DNA from: Pontiella sp.
GTDB taxonomy: Bacteria; Verrucomicrobiota; Kiritimatiellia; Kiritimatiellales; Pontiellaceae
NCBI GenBank assembly: GCA_050290185.1
Contig: JBNKHE010000007.1
Coordinates: 32,001-96,000, forward strand
Direction of reading: 5' to 3'
DNA length: 64,000 nucleotides
This document shows, one piece after another, positions 58,314 to 64,000 of this stretch. Position numbers and translations under genes: made by a program. Positions within the stretch are counted from its first letter, which is position 1, and the number at the start of each line of letters is the position of its first letter. The notes beneath the pieces were generated by a model. It searched no databases. It worked only from the letters and a program-made list of their open reading frames with translations, and had not been told where the DNA came from.

Positions 58314-59027
58314 TTAACCATGGGTGACGAGTGTGCCGGAATCCTTGCCGGCGAGCACTTCAACCATACCGTTTTTCTTGAAAAAGTCGAAGACTACAAT
58401 AGGAATGTCGTTTTCCATGCACAACGAAAAAGCGGCAGCATCCATAATCTTTAGCTGCTTGGACAGTGCATCCTGATAGGAGATTTCCTCAAAACGCGTA
58501 GCTGAAGGATCCTTCACCGGATCAGCGGTGTAGATCCCATCAACCTTGGTCGCTTTCATGAGTACGTCGGCTTCGATCTCGGACGCACGTAAAGCCGCGG
58601 CGCTATCGGTTGTGAAATACGGATTGCCTGTGCCCGCGCCGAAGATAACCACACGACCTTTTTCCAGATGGCGTATGGCCTTGCGGCGGATGAAAGGCTC
58701 GGCGATGGCCGGCATCGAGATGGCGGTCATGACGCGGGTTTGGATGCCAGCGCCTTCCAATGCATTCTGTATGGCCAGTGAATTAATCACTGTGGCAAGC
58801 ATGCCCATGTAGTCGCCCGTTGTGCGGTCGGTGCCTTTGCCGGCTCCGGCCAATCCCCGGAAAATATTCCCTCCGCCAACCACCACAGCAATTTCGGCAC
58901 CCATATCGAGCATCTGCTTAAATTCGGCAGCAATTTTTTCCAGCAGTTCTGGGTCGTGATTGAGTCCTTTTTCCTTGTTCTGCAATGCTTCGCCGCTGAT
59001 TTTTAACAGAATGCGTTTATACTTCAT
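58314..59027 (-). CDS. pyrH: UMP kinase
   Basis: LLKISGEAL, GGGNIFRG, DYMGMLAT, GNPYFTTD, KVDGIY, MD. Confidence 0.97.
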   Translation of the reverse strand: MKYKRILLKISGEALQNKEKGLNHDPELLEKIAAEFKQMLDMGAEIAVVVGGGNIFRGLAGAGKGTDRTTGDYMGMLATVINSLAIQNALEGAGIQTRVMTAISMPAIAEPFIRRKAIRHLEKGRVVIFGAGTGNPYFTTDSAAALRASEIEADVLMKATKVDGIYTADPVKDPSATRFEEISYQDALSKQLKIMDAAAFSLCMENDIPIVVFDFFKKNGMVEVLAGKDSGTLVTHG

Positions 59028-59120
59028 AAATTCCTTTCATGTGTTCAGGCCAAAAGATTAGAACATGCATGTGGCAGTGTAAATTTCCAATCGCCGGAAT
59101 CTTGGATGGATGTGTAAGAA

Positions 59121-60329
59121 ATGAAGCGTTTTTGTTTGTTGATGGGGGTGCTGGCCGGAGTCACGGCCGGAGTGGCTGTTCTTTGGTTTTCTCAAGGAAG
59201 AACCAGTGTTGCCCAACCTCCTGTCCGGGCGCTATGGATTACCCGTTTTGACTACGCGGAGCCCGCGGATGTTGGTCACATCATTTCGAACGTTGTTGCC
59301 GCCGGTTTTACCGATGTGTTTTTTCAGATCAGGGGCAACGGAACGGTATTTTACAATAGCCGCATAGAGCCTTGGGCCTATGAACTTTCCGGCGAAGATG
59401 TTTCCCTGCTGGGTACCGATCCCGGTTGGGATCCGTTACAGCTGGCGATCGATGAAGCAAAGGGGACGGGGCTCCGAATCCATGCCTATATCAATGTGCT
59501 TCCGGGCTGGAAGGGGCTATCGGATCCCCCGGCTGCTGCAAGGCAGCTCTGGACCGAGCATCCTGACTGGTTCATGGTGGATTCCATGGGGCAAAAGATG
59601 CTGCCGACTGCTGGTTGGTACTCGTTTGTCAATCCGGTGCTACCGGAGGTGCGCGAACATTTGTGCGACATCGTTCGGGAACTCTGCCGCTATAATATCG
59701 CCGGCGTTCACCTCGATTATATTCGCTACCCGCACGACTACCACATTGTGGCAGGACCACGTTATCCTGATGCGACGGAAGAGGAACTCATGCGCCACTC
59801 CGATTTTTCGTACGATCCGGCTTCAATCGGGGGGCTGGCAGCGGCATACGGTGCGGACGTCACCAAGGAGGACGTGACTGAATTCCGTTGTGATTCGGTG
59901 ACCCGGGTTGTTCTCGACATATCCCGCACCCTGCAGGAGGAACGGCCGGGAAGCTGTTTGCTGAGCGCCAGCGTGATGGGGAATCCGGTGGAGGGTAAGC
60001 ATTATGCCTATCAGGATTCCGGCGAGTGGATCCGCCACGGAGTGCTCGATTGGGCGGTGCAAATGAACTATGGAACCCGATCGTTCGAACGTTACTTAAA
60101 GGGTGTGAAAAAAGCCGGGGGGAGAAAAGGATTCCGAAATTCGGTTCTGGTCGGCATTAACTGCAAGAATGATATTGATGATCTCCTTGCACAAATAGAG
60201 CTGGTTGAAGAATCAGGGTGTCGGGGGCTGGCGTTGTTTTCCTACAGCTTTCTTTTCGACGAACATCATCAACCTACAGAAAAGGGCCGGATACTTCTTC
60301 CAAAGATCCGGCCCGCTTCAATGAATTGA
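59121..60329 (+). CDS. GHL10 (family-10-like glycosyl hydrolase, YddW-like) protein
   Basis: N-terminal anchor; RALWITRF, FQIRG, DPL, RIHA, NP..PEVR, GVHLDYIRYP, QD...W, QMNY. Confidence 0.85.
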   Translation: MKRFCLLMGVLAGVTAGVAVLWFSQGRTSVAQPPVRALWITRFDYAEPADVGHIISNVVAAGFTDVFFQIRGNGTVFYNSRIEPWAYELSGEDVSLLGTDPGWDPLQLAIDEAKGTGLRIHAYINVLPGWKGLSDPPAAARQLWTEHPDWFMVDSMGQKMLPTAGWYSFVNPVLPEVREHLCDIVRELCRYNIAGVHLDYIRYPHDYHIVAGPRYPDATEEELMRHSDFSYDPASIGGLAAAYGADVTKEDVTEFRCDSVTRVVLDISRTLQEERPGSCLLSASVMGNPVEGKHYAYQDSGEWIRHGVLDWAVQMNYGTRSFERYLKGVKKAGGRKGFRNSVLVGINCKNDIDDLLAQIELVEESGCRGLALFSYSFLFDEHHQPTEKGRILLPKIRPASMN

Positions 60330-60334
60330 ATGGG

Positions 60335-62356
60335 TTACAGGCTGTCGGGGAGGGCAAGATCCTTCAGGCCTTGTTCCTGCTTTTCCATGGGTGCCGGTTG
60401 ATCCGCGATCGGTACTTCTACTTCGTCCGATTTATTGTGTTCAGCAAGTTGTCTGGCCGTCTCAACGGCCTGTTCAACTTCCTGTTTAAGGGTCGCTTTC
60501 TTATTGGCATCGCTTTCGCGGTCCGCGGCATATTTGCAGGCGTTTGCGTAAGACATCCATGCCTGCAGGTTTTTAGGGGCCAGTTCCGTGGCGGTCTTGA
60601 GCGATGCCACCGCGCCCGTGAAATCCTTTAGCAACAACTGGCTGTTGCCCATGCCGATCCATGCGCCGGGAATCCGGGCATTGTTTTGGAGGAGCAGGGC
60701 AAAGATGTTTTCCGACTCCTTGGGCCGGTTGAAGGCCAGGAATATCTTGCCCGACCCAATCAGCTCACCCGGGTTTCCCGCCCTGCAGGAATCGGCATGC
60801 CGGGCATATTCAGCACGGGCATCTTCAAGTTTTTTCAACCCCGCCTGTTGTGCTTGCGTGTTGTTCAGGATCGTACGGTATTCCTCTTTGTCCAGCAACA
60901 GGATGGCCGTGGTTCCATCAAAATACGCCAACTTCCATACTCGCTGTGATAGCAACGTGACAATACCGCTCGCGGACGAGGGGTAGAGCGTATTGATGAT
61001 GATGGCTTCAGGACGGTATTGATCCATGATGGCGTCGTACGCTTTGCGCCTGCCCATCATCATTCCGTTAAGATCCTCCAGCAACTGCTTGTCATAGCGT
61101 CCCGGTCGATAGTCGATGAAAATCTTGCGGCCGGGATACTTGAAGGCCAGATAGCCGCCGTCGGCCGCTAGGTTAATGGTTTTAGTGCCTTCGGGAAACG
61201 CGGGATCATTCATGATGGATTCGGCACCGCTGGGATAGAGTTCCTCCTGGATTCCCAGTCCAAAGTTGGATGCGCTGCCGGTTTTGACGTAGGCACAGTT
61301 GCTCGTTACGGGAATGAACGAAAGGACAAACAGCAGGATGAGTACAACACTGGTCGCAGGAATCAAATACTTGGACTGCGTGCCCATCATGTGTTCCAGG
61401 GAACTGTGGATATACTCACTGATGGCAGTAAGGCTGAGCACGATGAAAGGAAAGGCCATGACTGCAAACAGCATCGCCATTTTAGGAGAAGTCCAAACCA
61501 GGAACGCGCTGTAGATGGCCATTGCGGTCAAGGTGAGCGGAAGCCTTTTCTTCAAGGTGATCAGGCCGCCCGCACCGAGAATCATCACGAAGAGGATCAG
61601 GGGTTTGAGCACTGGAATCTGGAAATAGTCGATAAAGAGCGAAGACCAGTAGGATGGTGCTCCCGATTTGATGTTGGCAATAACCTGGCCGTGCAGTTTA
61701 AAGATCGATGGATTGATCGCCGTCACCGCGAACATGGAGACGGCTAGGATGGCATATACGCCGGCATCAATGCCCTGTTTTTTACGGGTACGAGCAGCCG
61801 CTCCCTTACTTTGCTGCGCAGTCTGAATGGCGGTCAGCGCAACAATCAGTGGTCCGTAGATGAACGATCCATGCATATTCGTCCACAGGATCTGGATGGG
61901 AATCAGGGCTCCGAACAAAATCGCCGGTTTCTTTATGGTGGTCACCATATACAGGGTGGCAGCGATGCAGAGCATCATAATCACCTGAGGCCCGACGTCC
62001 AGCGATTGGAACATCAGGTGTCCGACGATCAGCAGAGCAAAGCCCTGGCTGATGGGGCCTCCCCATTTCTTGGCTACCTGAAGCAGTAGGAGAAAGGTGC
62101 CCAGAAGACCGGCAATGTTAAGTAGGATGAGGAGGTTTGCGCCGCCGATATTCCATGCGGAGTAGGCGAGCTTGTCATAAAGCCATGTTGTGTTGACCGG
62201 ATTGTCCGCCGTTACATATGAGAGCGGGGCATTGGTTCGTCCCTGGGCGAGGTGAGTCCAAATTTCCGGAGTGCTGATGGTTCGGAAGCCAATGGCGGCG
62301 ATGAAAAGAAGCCCAAGTATTACGAGTAATGTCGGACCGAACTGCTTTTTGCTCAT
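60335..62356 (-). CDS. Polytopic membrane protein (GT-C-fold-like) with C-terminal TPRs
   Basis: About 11 TM stretches; EIWTHL..G, LWTNMHGSF, GGYL..IFIDYR; TPR AWIGMG..A..LAP. Confidence 0.65.
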   Translation of the reverse strand: MSKKQFGPTLLVILGLLFIAAIGFRTISTPEIWTHLAQGRTNAPLSYVTADNPVNTTWLYDKLAYSAWNIGGANLLILLNIAGLLGTFLLLLQVAKKWGGPISQGFALLIVGHLMFQSLDVGPQVIMMLCIAATLYMVTTIKKPAILFGALIPIQILWTNMHGSFIYGPLIVALTAIQTAQQSKGAAARTRKKQGIDAGVYAILAVSMFAVTAINPSIFKLHGQVIANIKSGAPSYWSSLFIDYFQIPVLKPLILFVMILGAGGLITLKKRLPLTLTAMAIYSAFLVWTSPKMAMLFAVMAFPFIVLSLTAISEYIHSSLEHMMGTQSKYLIPATSVVLILLFVLSFIPVTSNCAYVKTGSASNFGLGIQEELYPSGAESIMNDPAFPEGTKTINLAADGGYLAFKYPGRKIFIDYRPGRYDKQLLEDLNGMMMGRRKAYDAIMDQYRPEAIIINTLYPSSASGIVTLLSQRVWKLAYFDGTTAILLLDKEEYRTILNNTQAQQAGLKKLEDARAEYARHADSCRAGNPGELIGSGKIFLAFNRPKESENIFALLLQNNARIPGAWIGMGNSQLLLKDFTGAVASLKTATELAPKNLQAWMSYANACKYAADRESDANKKATLKQEVEQAVETARQLAEHNKSDEVEVPIADQPAPMEKQEQGLKDLALPDSL

Positions 62357-62437
62357 AACTTCTCCCTAGGTTGGTTCAGCAATGTATCAAGGTAGGATGA
62401 ATCTCAATTGATTTGCAAGTGTGGGTTTTCCTGAAAA

Positions 62438-64000
62438 TTAAAAGAGATCCAGCTGTGATATATCGGCTTTAAGCTTATGCGGACGCTTTTTAGCGATCTT
62501 GGGTTGGCCGGTCTCTCCAAGCTCGCCTTCCTCAAGGTTTTTGAGAATGTCGGATGCCCGTTGAATGACTTCGTCGGGAAGGCCGGCCAGCCGTGCCACC
62601 TGAATGCCGTAGCTTTTATCCGCCGCACCTGGAACAATCTTGCGCAGGAAAGTGATCGAGTGTCCCTTTTCCTTTACGAGCACACTGAAGTTCTGCACGT
62701 TGGGCAAGGTAAGTGCGAGATCGGTCAGTTCATGGTAGTGCGTGGCAAAGAGGGTCTTTGCCTTCATCGCCTCGTTCTTACAGAGGAACTCTGCCACCGA
62801 CCACGCAATACTGATGCCGTCAAACGTACTGGTGCCGCGTCCGATTTCGTCGAGCACGATCAGGCTCTTCGGGGTGGCGTTGTTCAGGATGTTGGCGGTC
62901 TCCTGCATTTCAACCATAAAGGTCGAGCGTCCGCGTGCCAGGTCGTCGCTGGCACCGACGCGCGTGAACACTCGATCCACGATGCCGATCTCCGCCGAGG
63001 CCGCAGGAACAAAGCAACCCATATGGGCCATGATCGTGATCAGTGCCACCTGACGGATATAGGTTGACTTACCCGCCATATTGGGACCCGTAATGATGAT
63101 CAGCTGGTGGGTTTCCCGGTCGAGTGAGGTGTCGTTGGGAACAAACCGTTCGGCATCGGGCATCTGCTCAACGACGGGATGGCGGCCGTCATGGATATTA
63201 ACGCGGCCGTCGTCAGCCATGGCCGGACGTGCATAGTTGTTCGACAGCGCACGCTCGGCAAACGTGGCCAGCACATCGACCTGTGCGATTGCCATCGCAT
63301 TGCGTTGGATGGTTTCCAGATGCTCGACCGCCTGCCGCCGGATTTCGGTAAAGATTTCCTGCTCCAGTCCTATGGAACGCTCCTGCGCGCCGAGGATCTT
63401 GTTTTCGTATTCCTTGAGTTCCGGCGTAATGAAGCGTTCGGCATTGACCAGCGTCTGCTTGCGGATGTAGTCCTCCGGCACGAGGTCGAGGTTGCTCTTA
63501 CTCACCTCGATATAATATCCGAACACCTTGTTGTGCCGCACCTTCAGTGATTTGATGCCGGTACGTTCCATTTCCGATGCCTGATACTCAGCCAGCCACT
63601 TTCGACCGAGGGAGGCTGCGTCGCGCAATTCGTCGAGTTCGTTATGATAGCCTTGCCGGATAACGCCGCCGTCTTTCAAGTTGATCGGCGGCTCGTCTAC
63701 GATGGCGGAATCGATGAGTGCTACCAATTCGGGCAGGGAGATAATCTGTTCGCCGAGTTGTTCTAGGATTGTTCCTTTGCCGGAAAGCAGGGCCTTGATC
63801 ATGGGCATCTGTTCGAGCGAAACGCCCATGGCGCGCACGTCGCGCGGGTTTCCGCTCGTCGAGCCAATGCGCGAGATCAGCCGCTCGACATCCTTGATGT
63901 CGCCCAGTACATCACGCAGCGAGCGAAGGTAGGTCTGGTTATTCACCATCAGCTCCACCGCATTGTGCCGGGCCTGGATCTGCTCCAGATTATTAAGCGG
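62438..64000 (-). CDS. mutS: DNA mismatch repair protein MutS (5' part outside the window)
   Basis: RKQTLVNAERF, GRHPVVE, TGPNMAGKSTY, STFMVEM, DEIGRGTSTFDG, FATHYHEL, SYGIQVA. Confidence 0.97.
   Translation of the reverse strand, partial: PLNNLEQIQARHNAVELMVNNQTYLRSLRDVLGDIKDVERLISRIGSTSGNPRDVRAMGVSLEQMPMIKALLSGKGTILEQLGEQIISLPELVALIDSAIVDEPPINLKDGGVIRQGYHNELDELRDAASLGRKWLAEYQASEMERTGIKSLKVRHNKVFGYYIEVSKSNLDLVPEDYIRKQTLVNAERFITPELKEYENKILGAQERSIGLEQEIFTEIRRQAVEHLETIQRNAMAIAQVDVLATFAERALSNNYARPAMADDGRVNIHDGRHPVVEQMPDAERFVPNDTSLDRETHQLIIITGPNMAGKSTYIRQVALITIMAHMGCFVPAASAEIGIVDRVFTRVGASDDLARGRSTFMVEMQETANILNNATPKSLIVLDEIGRGTSTFDGISIAWSVAEFLCKNEAMKAKTLFATHYHELTDLALTLPNVQNFSVLVKEKGHSITFLRKIVPGAADKSYGIQVARLAGLPDEVIQRASDILKNLEEGELGETGQPKIAKKRPHKLKADISQLDLF

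Noticed and set aside
1..64000. CRISPR array, rRNA, transposase, prophage or selenocysteine recoding
   Set aside because: No regularly spaced repeats or such genes seen; the hydrogenase metal ligands are all ordinary Cys codons

Overview
A gene-dense, mostly housekeeping bacterial window. Gene families and protein styles suggest a PVC-superphylum organism, probably Kiritimatiellota/Pontiella-like (inference). It holds a Na+-pumping oxaloacetate decarboxylase (alpha partial, beta), dapF-folK-panB-panC, tRNA-Cys-gcvH-lipB, surE/rsmE and a complete NAD-linked group 3d [NiFe]-hydrogenase operon (hoxFUYHW). Next come a TonB/TolA-anchor-like PA14/SHD1 protein followed by a chimeric deletion scar, kdgK-eda, a secreted NIDO-like protein and a stand-alone DRTGG / CBS-kinase / DRTGG / PHP module. 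The middle has a NYN-LOTUS protein, DAHP synthase-chorismate mutase, a giant-TPR / TPR / ExbB / 3x ExbD motor locus with no TonB or receptor, trpA, manC, tRNA-Leu and dGTPase/NUDIX. After that are a small sigma54-promoter-flanked island with HPr, rnr, glgA, yraN, BlaI/BlaR1 with tandem operators and a signal-peptide NiSOD. The end has a putative 6S RNA-rarA-5FCL-rny-upp unit, GtrA/GH16, split coaC/coaB, frr, pyrH, a GHL10-family protein, a GT-C-like TPR membrane protein and partial mutS. No CRISPR array, rRNA, integrase or transposase was seen. Best candidates for an undescribed system: (1) the TPR-ExbB-ExbD3 proton-motor locus together with the SxxxH-anchored PA14/SHD1 protein; (2) the orphan DRTGG/CBS-kinase/PHP phospho-switch near the hydrogenase.
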